From Alphaproteobacteria bacterium (GTDB lineage Bacteria > Pseudomonadota > Alphaproteobacteria > ATCC43930 > CGMCC-115725): 49,590 bases of DNA. Below are positions 8,591 through 16,270 of the stretch, in pieces. Both the position numbers and the translations under genes were made by a program. The DNA lies in NCBI GenBank assembly GCA_019237135.1, contig JAFAHQ010000367.1, positions 1 to 49,590 on the forward strand, written 5' to 3'. Below the pieces are notes generated by a model, which searched no databases, was not told where the DNA came from, and was given only the letters and a program-made list of their open reading frames with translations. Within the stretch, counting starts at the first letter, position 1; each line of letters starts with the position of its first letter.

Positions 8591-9295
8591 TTACGGCAGT
8601 CTCAGCAGGACCTTGCCGCGAGACAGAACCGGGCCGGTCGGAAGCCCCGTCGGAGATCCGCCTTGCGGCTCGAGGCTGACCGCCAGCAGATCGCCCGGCG
8701 GCGGCAGCTGCGCGGCGCGGATTATTGCGGCGTTACCTGCTTCCGGCCGCAACAAACCGAGCGGGCGGGGCGCCCCACCGGCGATGCTCCACAGCTCGAA
8801 GGAGTGACGAGTGTCCTCGGCTTGCGGCCGGATCGCGGAGACTGAGACTTCGCCCGTTTGCGGTCCGGCGATCGCAATCCAATTCGGGTCGCCGCTCTGA
8901 TCGGCGAGCACCGCGACCACGGCCGGGATGGGTGGCCCCATGCGGGCCGGAAACGCCGCGATGTAGATGATCAGGGCCGCCGCGGCCGTGCAGGCGGCGA
9001 TCGACAGACCACGCCAGAATGCGAGCGAGCCAAACCAGCGATGCTCGAAGGCAGGTGGAGCAGCGTCGGCGGCGATCCGCGCCTCGACCGCACGCCAGAC
9101 ACGAGCCGGCGGCTCCTCGGCCGGGGTTGCCGTGTCGAGCGGCGTTAGCCGGTCGGCCCAAGCGCCGACCAACCGCGCCAGCGTGGGGTCATCGGCCATC
9201 AGCCGCTCGAAGCGCCGCCGCGACCGGCTCGGCATCGTGCCGAGGACATATTCGGCGGCGAGTTGGTCGCGTAATTCTGGGTCGTCGTACCTCAT
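8591..9295 (-). CDS. Anti-sigma-K factor RskA-like membrane protein
   Basis: ORF 8591..9370. Preferred ATG is at 9295 (MRYDDPELRDQLAAEYVLG), forming an ATGA overlap with the upstream sigma stop. One TM helix (LSIAACTAAAALIIYIAAF) and an extracytoplasmic RskA-type C-terminus (FELWSI...LAVSLEPQGGSP). Confidence 0.8.
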   Translation of the reverse strand: MRYDDPELRDQLAAEYVLGTMPSRSRRRFERLMADDPTLARLVGAWADRLTPLDTATPAEEPPARVWRAVEARIAADAAPPAFEHRWFGSLAFWRGLSIAACTAAAALIIYIAAFPARMGPPIPAVVAVLADQSGDPNWIAIAGPQTGEVSVSAIRPQAEDTRHSFELWSIAGGAPRPLGLLRPEAGNAAIIRAAQLPPPGDLLAVSLEPQGGSPTGLPTGPVLSRGKVLLRLP

Positions 9296-9915
9296 GGGTC
9301 CAGACACCGCTTCAGACGTTCGAGTCCGCGGCGGACCCAGCTCTTGACCGTTCCGAGCGGCACGGCGCAATCGGCTGAGATCTCCTCGCGCGTGAAACCG
9401 TAGAGATATGCGAGCAAGATAGCCCTGCGCGGCTGCTCGTCGAGCTCTGCAAGACAGCGCTGCAACGCGGCCATCTCGGCACCGCGATCGGTACTACCGC
9501 TGGCCGCGAAACTCAGCAGCATCTCATCGGAGGCGCTGTGGCTATTCGGCCGACTGGCACGTCGACGAACGTGATCGATCGCGCAATGGCGCACGATCGT
9601 GGTGAGCCACCCCGTGGCCGAGCCTCTTGCCGCATCATAATCGCCAGCCCGCTGCCATATGGCGACGAAGCTCTCCTGCAAAACCTCTTCCGCCTCCTCT
9701 CTCTGGCCGACGATTCGTATCGCGACGCCAAATAGTTTCGCTGCGGTTCGCGCGTAGAGCGCCGCGAAAGCAGCCTTGTCTCCCCGCGATGTTCCGCGGA
9801 TGAGTTGCTGAAGCTGCAAAGGCGAATCCGAGCCTGACCCTTCTTCGAGACGTTTCACGATGTTCACGGAGCGGGTTGAAGGTGTCCCTATGCGCCGCAC
9901 GGTCGAGCAATGCAA
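9292..9915 (-). CDS. ECF sigma factor (SigK-like, paralog of 6970..7515)
   Basis: Region 2 (EEVLQESFVAIWQRAGDYD) and region 4 (AVPLGTVKSWVRRGLERLKRCLDP) signatures. Exact start is uncertain. Confidence 0.85.
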   Translation of the reverse strand: MHCSTVRRIGTPSTRSVNIVKRLEEGSGSDSPLQLQQLIRGTSRGDKAAFAALYARTAAKLFGVAIRIVGQREEAEEVLQESFVAIWQRAGDYDAARGSATGWLTTIVRHCAIDHVRRRASRPNSHSASDEMLLSFAASGSTDRGAEMAALQRCLAELDEQPRRAILLAYLYGFTREEISADCAVPLGTVKSWVRRGLERLKRCLDP

Positions 9916-10016
9916 CCGGCGAAGGTCAGTCGCTTATTCCCAGCGTAGCCAACCCTGCTTGGTTCGCCGGCACACTTAATGCCGCCACGTCGTCGTGGCC
10001 GGGCTTGTCCATCGCG

Positions 10017-10263
10017 CCCGTCGATGCCCGTCAACCGCCGTCTCGCCCCAATCCTCGCGAACGATCGATCGGAGCCAGGTCAACGCGACGCGGAGAGCGT
10101 GGCAATCTCCGCGAGGAGCAGGTCTGTGGTGCGCTGGCGGCAATAGCCGCGGATGCCGATCAGCGACTGCTCGTGGCGCTCGGCGCTGGTGGTGGTGCAG
10201 GCGTCGGTGACGAGGGTGACAAGGTAGCCGAGGTCACAGGCGTCGCGCACTGCGCTCTCGACG
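10017..10263. repeat. Copy B (parental) of the duplicated segment; covers the intergenic DNA and the 3' end of the intact isochorismatase gene
   Basis: See the alignment under 7666..7880. Confidence 0.8.
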
Positions 10264-10724
10264 CACTGGTCGGTCATCATTCCGGCGACGATCAGCGAGC
10301 GCACCCCGAGATTGCGCAAGACGAAATCGATATTGGTCGATATGAAGACGCTGCTCGACGTCTTACGAAAGACCATTTCGTCCTCTGACGGTGCGATTTC
10401 AGCGAGGATCTGCGCGTCCCACGAGCCGCGCGGCACGTCGATCCCCGAGATCTTGTAGTCGAGGCTGCGGTCGCGGCCGTCCAAGGTCATGTTCTCGACT
10501 GCCGCGTAGACGACCTCGATACGCGCGCGGCGGCAGGCCGACTGCAGAAGCTGCAGATTAGGCAGCACGGCTTCGCGTAGGCTGCCGAACAGATAACGGC
10601 GCTGCTGCGCGTCGAGCTTGTGAGAGCCGGCACCGTCGGGATGCGCGCAGTAATTCTGGACATCGACGATCAGCAATGCCGCATGGATTGGGTCAACCGG
10701 TACTTCACGGCTCAGTGTGGTCAT
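10080..10724 (-). CDS. Isochorismatase-family cysteine hydrolase
   Basis: The motifs ALLIVDVQNYC, FRKTSSSVF and LIVAGMMTDQCVESAVRDA carry the catalytic D/K/C triad context. 4-nt overlap with the upstream gene. Confidence 0.85.
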   Translation of the reverse strand: MTTLSREVPVDPIHAALLIVDVQNYCAHPDGAGSHKLDAQQRRYLFGSLREAVLPNLQLLQSACRRARIEVVYAAVENMTLDGRDRSLDYKISGIDVPRGSWDAQILAEIAPSEDEMVFRKTSSSVFISTNIDFVLRNLGVRSLIVAGMMTDQCVESAVRDACDLGYLVTLVTDACTTTSAERHEQSLIGIRGYCRQRTTDLLLAEIATLSASR

Positions 10725-11503
10725 CGGCGCAAAAACTCCGCGTATGCGGCCGGCAACAGGCGCGCCAGACGCTCGGCCCAGTCTCGCTGACCCGACGGTT
10801 CGGCGATCTGGTCCTGGCGGATCTCGATCTCGACATGTGGCAAGCCGCGCCGCTCGCCATGCACCGGGACCGTGTAGTCGGTCAGGTCGCTCACCGCATA
10901 AGGCGCGTTGTCGCCGACCACGAGACCGTCCTCGGCGCTCAGTAATTCAAAGAGAGGACGGGCGAGCCGGGTGTCCCGATTGTAGAGCACTGCGACATGC
11001 CAGGGACGAGCCACGCCTTTGAAGACCGGCGTGAAGCTGTGCAATGCCACCAAAACCGAGGCGCGACCCGCTGCAGCACGCCTGTCGAGCGCGGCGGCGA
11101 TGGTGCAGTGATAAGGACAAAATATAGCGTCGATTCGCGCGGTGCGTGCCACTTGGGTCAGGCCCAGATTGCCGGGGATTTCAGTCATCTCGCTAATTTC
11201 CGGGATCGAGCTCGGCACCTCGGGGTCGCGATTGCAGTCGATCACCAGACGCGAATACGTCTGTAGGACCACGGCTGCGTCCAACAGACGCGACAGCTGC
11301 CGCCCGACGGCGCCAATCCCGATGTCCCAGGCGATGTGGCGCTGGGTCTCGTGCTCCGGCAATCCGAGCCTGTCGAGCCGGCGGGGAATGGCTCGGCCGG
11401 CATGGTCGCAGGCCAGAAAAAAAGCCGACCGCCCGGCCTCGTTGTCGAAGCTCACCGGGTCGGGTTCGTCGGCGTCTAGCAATGTCTCGGCTATCGCGCT
11501 CAA
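10721..11503 (-). CDS. N-formylglutamate amidohydrolase (FGase) family protein
   Basis: The motifs FLACDHAGRAIP, YSRLVIDCNRD and LVALHSFTP are typical of PF05013-type proteins. 4-nt overlaps on both sides. Confidence 0.8.
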   Translation of the reverse strand: MSAIAETLLDADEPDPVSFDNEAGRSAFFLACDHAGRAIPRRLDRLGLPEHETQRHIAWDIGIGAVGRQLSRLLDAAVVLQTYSRLVIDCNRDPEVPSSIPEISEMTEIPGNLGLTQVARTARIDAIFCPYHCTIAAALDRRAAAGRASVLVALHSFTPVFKGVARPWHVAVLYNRDTRLARPLFELLSAEDGLVVGDNAPYAVSDLTDYTVPVHGERRGLPHVEIEIRQDQIAEPSGQRDWAERLARLLPAAYAEFLRR

Positions 11504-12774
11504 TAGACCTCGGCGTAGCGGGCGCAGAGCTCGGCGGGCGAAAGCTCCGCGACCTTCTCTGCCTCGACGCGCTTGAAGCGCAGATAGGCGTCGAAATGAG
11601 TCGGACCGAACCAGCCGGCGACCGTCTCACTGGCCGCGAGCCGGTCGAGCGCGTCCGGAAGCGATCGCGGAAGCGACGGTGGGGCGCCACTTGTGGCCGG
11701 CAGCGGCAACGCCCGGCGAATCCCGTCAGCCCCCGCAAAAATCACGGCGCCCAATGCAAGATACGGGCTCGCCGCAGCATCGGTGGGGCGGAATTCGACA
11801 TGGAATTGGCGCGCCACCTCGTTCGCCGTCGCGGCAGCGAAGACCGGGCAGATCCGAAGGCTGGCGCCGCGGTCCTGGCGAACCAGATCGATCAGGGTCG
11901 GCGCCCATGCATTGGGCACCAGACGCAGGTAAGAGACCGGTGAGGGTGCGGTAATCGAGCAGGTCGCCGGCATGTGGTGCAAGACGCCTGCGAAGAAATG
12001 CTGCGCCGGCTTGCTGAGATCCATCGGCTCGCCGGGAGAATGGGTCGCGGGCCGTCCCGCGGCATCGACCAAACTCATGTGAATGTGAACGCCATTGCCG
12101 ACGAGATCGGGATCGGGCTTCGGTGAAAAAATCACTCGGTGCCCCAGCCGATGCGCGACGGCACGCGCCATCTCGCGGGTGATCACCGCGTGATCGGCCG
12201 CGGTCAAGGCCGGCTCCGGCATCACGGTCACCTCGAACTGGCGCGGCCCGTACTCGGCAAGAAAGGTATCAGGAACCACCCCGGCCGCCCGCAACGCGGC
12301 GACAAAGCTCTCGCCGAAACAGCCCTGGCGACGGAAGGCGCCGAGCGCGTAGGCGTCGCCCGGACGGTCGGAGGTGCCGGTGTAAAGGAACTCCTGCTCG
12401 AACGCTGCAATCACGCGAAGGTGTGCCACCTCTTCGAGTTGCCAGATCGCGCGACGCAGGAAATCGCGCGGACAGCATTCCCAGGCACTGCCGTCGGTAT
12501 TGCAGATGTCCCCGAGAAAGAAGTGCTCGATCGCCGAGCCGTCGGCAAAATCGACCCGCACTTCGGCGGCGGGATCAGGCACGATCATGAAATCTCCGGC
12601 GGTCCCGAACGGCGTGTCCCAGATCGGCCCGAACGGCGACATCATCAAATTGCTGCCGGTCCACCCCACCCCCTTCTTCAGGCGCAGCGGCAGCTCGCGC
12701 GCCGGGAACCCCTTGCCTCGCGCAAGGCCGGAGATGTCGCAGGTCACTACGAAAATCAGCTCTTCGCGTATCAT
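11500..12774 (-). CDS. Glutamine-synthetase-family (gamma-glutamyl ligase-like) protein
   Basis: GS catalytic-domain features are present: AAFEQEF, FLAEYGPRQFEV, GNGVHIHMSL and SYLRLVPNAWAP. Confidence 0.8.
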   Translation of the reverse strand: MIREELIFVVTCDISGLARGKGFPARELPLRLKKGVGWTGSNLMMSPFGPIWDTPFGTAGDFMIVPDPAAEVRVDFADGSAIEHFFLGDICNTDGSAWECCPRDFLRRAIWQLEEVAHLRVIAAFEQEFLYTGTSDRPGDAYALGAFRRQGCFGESFVAALRAAGVVPDTFLAEYGPRQFEVTVMPEPALTAADHAVITREMARAVAHRLGHRVIFSPKPDPDLVGNGVHIHMSLVDAAGRPATHSPGEPMDLSKPAQHFFAGVLHHMPATCSITAPSPVSYLRLVPNAWAPTLIDLVRQDRGASLRICPVFAAATANEVARQFHVEFRPTDAAASPYLALGAVIFAGADGIRRALPLPATSGAPPSLPRSLPDALDRLAASETVAGWFGPTHFDAYLRFKRVEAEKVAELSPAELCARYAEVY

Positions 12775-12859
12775 GCCGCGGCCAACCCGATTCCTCGCCG
12801 CACCGATCGATGTCGGCTAGGATCGCATAATTGCGCAATCTCGACCATGGAGGAGAACC

Positions 12860-13705
12860 ATGCCGATCGCGACCGTCCGCGGCGTCGACATCAATTACCA
12901 GGTGCTTGGTGAGCGGGGTCCATGGGTGGCGCTCCAACCCGGCGGGCGGCGCGGCCTGGTAGGTGTCAAATCGCTCGCGGAGAAGATCGCCGAGGCCGGC
13001 AATCGCGTGTTGGTCTACGACCGGCGCAATTGCGGCGCGTCCGGCATTTCGTTTGACGGCGGGAATTCCGAAAACGAAGTGTGGGCCGCCGACCTCCACG
13101 AGCTCCTACTGCAACTCGACGCGCTTCCCGCGTTCATCGGCGGCAGCTCGTCGGGCTGCCGGTTGGCGCTGTTGGCAGCGCTACGTCATCCCGCCGATGT
13201 GCGCGGTCTCCTGCTGTGGCGCGTCACCGGCGGCGCCTTTGCCGCCGGGCGCCTAGTCCAGAACTATTATACGCAGTTCATCGAAGCGGCAGAACGGGGC
13301 GGCATGGAAGCGGTCTGCCGCACCGAACACTTCGCCGAGCTGATCGCGGGCAACCCCGCCAACCGCGGCCGGCTAATGTCGATGGGTGTGGAACGCTTCA
13401 TCGGGATCATGAATATCTGGCGTCGGGCCTTCAACGAGGGAGCCGATCATCCAATCATTGGCATCAGCCCGGCCGAGCTGCGCTCATTGACCATGCCCAC
13501 CTGCATCATCCCTGGCAACGATCGAACTCATCCGCGCGAGCCCGGCCAAATCGCCCATCGCTTGATGCCCAATGCCGAGTATCACGAGGTGCTGACCGAA
13601 GACCGGCCCGACCTCGATGTCGCCTTGGAAGATTGGAACGCCAAGGAAGGCCTCCTGGCGGCGATTTTCATCGATTTTCTGCGCCGCGCGCTACGCCGCG
13701 CATAG
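12860..13705 (+). CDS. Alpha/beta-fold hydrolase
   Basis: Nucleophile elbow GGSSSGC (GxSxG), the N-terminal pattern VNYQVLGERGPWVAL, and a C-terminal His region. Confidence 0.8.
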   Translation: MPIATVRGVDINYQVLGERGPWVALQPGGRRGLVGVKSLAEKIAEAGNRVLVYDRRNCGASGISFDGGNSENEVWAADLHELLLQLDALPAFIGGSSSGCRLALLAALRHPADVRGLLLWRVTGGAFAAGRLVQNYYTQFIEAAERGGMEAVCRTEHFAELIAGNPANRGRLMSMGVERFIGIMNIWRRAFNEGADHPIIGISPAELRSLTMPTCIIPGNDRTHPREPGQIAHRLMPNAEYHEVLTEDRPDLDVALEDWNAKEGLLAAIFIDFLRRALRRA

Positions 13706-13715
13706 AGGCGGTCTG

Positions 13716-13745
13716 AGGCGGGCCTCGTTGAACCAAAACCCGCCT
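13716..13745. terminator. Candidate bidirectional hairpin between convergent genes
   Basis: aggcggg (13716-22) pairs with cccgcct (13739-45) around a 16-nt loop. There is no strong T-run. Confidence 0.3.
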
Positions 13746-13761
13746 TCTGGTCGTCGGGTTG

Positions 13762-14469
13762 CTAGAATGCCGGGAAAACGGGGGCAGGCACGATGTGCTC
13801 TTGCACTTGGCGCACCCCGGGGATGTTCTCGGCAGCGACGCGCACCGCCTGCCTTTCCTCTTCGGAGCGGTCGTCGGAGAACCAGAGATGCACGACGCGG
13901 TCCCTGACGATGATGTCCGCTCCCCACATGTGAACCCATTCTTGTCCCGTCAATTCGGTGATCAGCTTTTGACGAATCGTGTGGTCGTCGCTGTCGGCTT
14001 CGATCGCCGGTTCGCTCTTCGTCATCGCCAAGGCGCGCACTAGGTTCGCCCGGCTGACGATGCCGACGAGCTTGCCGTCGCGAAGGACCGGAACGCGCTT
14101 GATCCGCTTTGTCTCGAGCAAAGTCGCGATGTCGGCGAGTTCGGCCGTGTCGCTGACCGAGATGACGTCGGGAGTCATGATCTCGCGCACGATGCGGCCG
14201 TGCGCTTTGACATAGTCGCGAGCCGCCTCTTGATCAGCGGCGAAGGTGTCGAGCCAGCGCGAGCGCCGGCGCTGGATCCGCCGCTCGGTCCCGGTTTCGG
14301 CACGATGGAGCAGGTCGCCTTCGGTGACGACACCAATCAGGCGGTTGTCTTTGTCGACGACCGGGACCCCGCTGATGCCGCGTTCGGAAAGGAGCGTCGC
14401 CAGCTCCTGCACTGAGGTGTCAGGCTCGACTGTGATTACGTTGGTCGTCATGACGTCCATGGCGCGCAT
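13762..14469 (-). CDS. CBS-pair plus BON domain protein
   Basis: Two CBS motifs (VMTTNVITVEPDTSV...GISGVPVVD and IMTPDVISV...RVPVLRDGKLVGIVS) and a C-terminal BON-like segment (VVHLWFSD...AENIPGVRQV). Confidence 0.8.
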   Translation of the reverse strand: MRAMDVMTTNVITVEPDTSVQELATLLSERGISGVPVVDKDNRLIGVVTEGDLLHRAETGTERRIQRRRSRWLDTFAADQEAARDYVKAHGRIVREIMTPDVISVSDTAELADIATLLETKRIKRVPVLRDGKLVGIVSRANLVRALAMTKSEPAIEADSDDHTIRQKLITELTGQEWVHMWGADIIVRDRVVHLWFSDDRSEEERQAVRVAAENIPGVRQVQEHIVPAPVFPAF

Positions 14470-14579
14470 CAGACCGCCTCCCTAGTGATCTATTCGCAAG
14501 ATAATCTATCACGTCCCGCGCTATCTTGACACAGATCAACCGCGGGTCGCCCTGCGGGCGAACCTCATCTAGCACGCGC

Positions 14580-14966
14580 TCAGCCGATCACAGCGACACC
14601 CTGAACTTCGACCAGCAGTTCCGGGCGTGCGAGCCCGGCCACGGTGATTAGAGCGCTCGCTGGGAAATTGTCGCCGAAGATCTCCTTGCGCAGCTGTGTA
14701 AAGCGGTCGCCGAGCCGCGCATCGGTAATAAAGACGGTCATCGTCACCATATCGCCGAGCGCACCGCCGGCCTCGCTGAGCGTTTTCCCCAATCGTGAGA
14801 ACACCTCGTACACCTGCCCGTCAAAATCTCCGGCGAGCGATTTGCCTGACGCATCCTCGGCGGCGACCTGCCCGGCCAGCCAAACAATCTTTCCGCCCTC
14901 GCTGGCGACCGCCTGCGAATAGGCCCGCGCCTGTGCCGCCTGTCGCTTCAAATAAGTTTTCGCCAT
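14580..14966 (-). CDS. RidA/YjgF-family protein
   Basis: ORF 14580..15008. Preferred ATG is at 14966 (MAKTYLKR), preceded by GGAGG. The motifs MTVFITD and ARPELLVEVQGVAV are present. Confidence 0.85.
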   Translation of the reverse strand: MAKTYLKRQAAQARAYSQAVASEGGKIVWLAGQVAAEDASGKSLAGDFDGQVYEVFSRLGKTLSEAGGALGDMVTMTVFITDARLGDRFTQLRKEIFGDNFPASALITVAGLARPELLVEVQGVAVIG

Positions 14967-15107
14967 TTTCTGCCTCCAAGCAGGGTGTGAGCTGCGATCG
15001 TCGTCCACGAATACGCGTCAGCGCGCGATTTTGCACGATCGGATAAACATGGCACACTGCCCATTTGGAGCAAACTTACTCGCCGGAACAGGACCAAAGG
15101 GGATCCC

Positions 15108-15575
15108 GTGTTTCTGCTTGACGTGTTCAGGAAGCAGGCGAAAGGCCGCACACCATACGAGTGGTTTGAACAAATTATTTTGAGTATCATGGTCTCCATT
15201 ATTTCTTTGGTCATCGTTTATTCTCTTATATTGACGACGATTACCTTAGTCCAGGATTTGGTATCTGGTATCGGGTTCATGGAAACTGGTGCGTTAAAGG
15301 ACACCTTCGGGTTGGTTCTCACTGTCATAATACTAGTGGAGTTTAATCACTCGATCGTCTTGGCGATTAGGCAAAGGTCGGGTGCGATTCAAGTTCGTAT
15401 CGTTGTCCTTATTACAATCATCGTGCTCGCTCGGAAGCTCGTTCTGCTGGATTACGCGGCTGCGAGCATGGAGACCCTCTTGGGCCTCGGCGCTCTGGCG
15501 CTTTCCTTGGGAGGTCTATATTGGCTGATTTCCGATGGAGAGCGCAGGCGGGCCCCCGACTCGATCGTTCAATGA
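15108..15575 (+). CDS. PsiE-family (phosphate-starvation-inducible E-like) membrane protein
   Basis: GTG start. Four hydrophobic helices and VIILVEFNHSIV...IVLARKLVLLD resemble PF06146. The 5' two-thirds of the gene is markedly AT-richer than its surroundings. Confidence 0.65.
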   Translation: MFLLDVFRKQAKGRTPYEWFEQIILSIMVSIISLVIVYSLILTTITLVQDLVSGIGFMETGALKDTFGLVLTVIILVEFNHSIVLAIRQRSGAIQVRIVVLITIIVLARKLVLLDYAAASMETLLGLGALALSLGGLYWLISDGERRRAPDSIVQ

Positions 15576-15609
15576 TCGGGGGCTTGTCACGGGAGATGAG
15601 GCGATTGCT

Positions 15610-15966
15610 ATGATCGAAAGCATCAGCGCCGTCACGCTCGCCACACACGACATGCGGCTTGCTGTCCGGTTTTACCGTATGCTCGGGTTCGAACTGCTGT
15701 ATGGCGGTGACGACGCAGCATTCAGCAGTTTTCGCGCCGGCAGCAATTTTATCAACCTGATCGCCCAGCCGTCTGAGCGCCAGTGGTCCTGGTGGGGCCG
15801 ACTGATATTCTACGTATCGGACGTCGACGCGCTCTATTCCCGTCTCGTGGGCGCCGGCTGCTCTCCAGACGCCGCGCCGCGCGACGCCGAGTGGGGCGAG
15901 CGCTTCTTCCACCTGACCGATCCCGATGGTCACGAACTGAGTTTTGCTCGACCGCTGCGGTCCTGA
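15610..15966 (+). CDS. VOC/glyoxalase-family protein
   Basis: ORF 15535..15966. Preferred ATG is at 15610 (MIESISAVTLATHDM). FYRMLGFEL and HLTDPDGHELSF are typical VOC motifs. Confidence 0.8.
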   Translation: MIESISAVTLATHDMRLAVRFYRMLGFELLYGGDDAAFSSFRAGSNFINLIAQPSERQWSWWGRLIFYVSDVDALYSRLVGAGCSPDAAPRDAEWGERFFHLTDPDGHELSFARPLRS

Positions 15967-16026
15967 TCGGTTCACTGGATCTTAACTCCCGGCGTGGGAG
16001 GATTTCCCTCGATCGGTTAGAGGGTG

Positions 16027-16194
16027 GTGATCGTGCTCGCGTTCCAAGGCCATCGTCATTCCGCTGCGCCGCTGGAGGCGGAGAGCATTACCGAACGTCC
16101 CCTTTCAGCGCGGGCGGCGATGGTGTGCATCGTCGCGTTGTCGGTGCTCGGCTGGACCGCGCTTTTGCTGCCGCTGTGGGTGATCGCCCAATAA
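16027..16194 (+). CDS. Hypothetical 55-aa protein with C-terminal TM helix (below the ORF-track length cut-off)
   Basis: Manual translation from GTG 16027 gives VIVLAFQGHRHSAAPLEAESITERPLSARAAMVCIVALSVLGWTALLLPLWVIAQ*, preceded by gagggtgg. No homology recognised. Confidence 0.25.
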   Translation: MIVLAFQGHRHSAAPLEAESITERPLSARAAMVCIVALSVLGWTALLLPLWVIAQ

Positions 16195-16270
16195 TACGTA
16201 CAGCGTTTCGCCGCGGCACGCGCCGCCATAGCAGGGAGTGCTCTCGTCCGGAGTGAGGGACGCCTCACAT

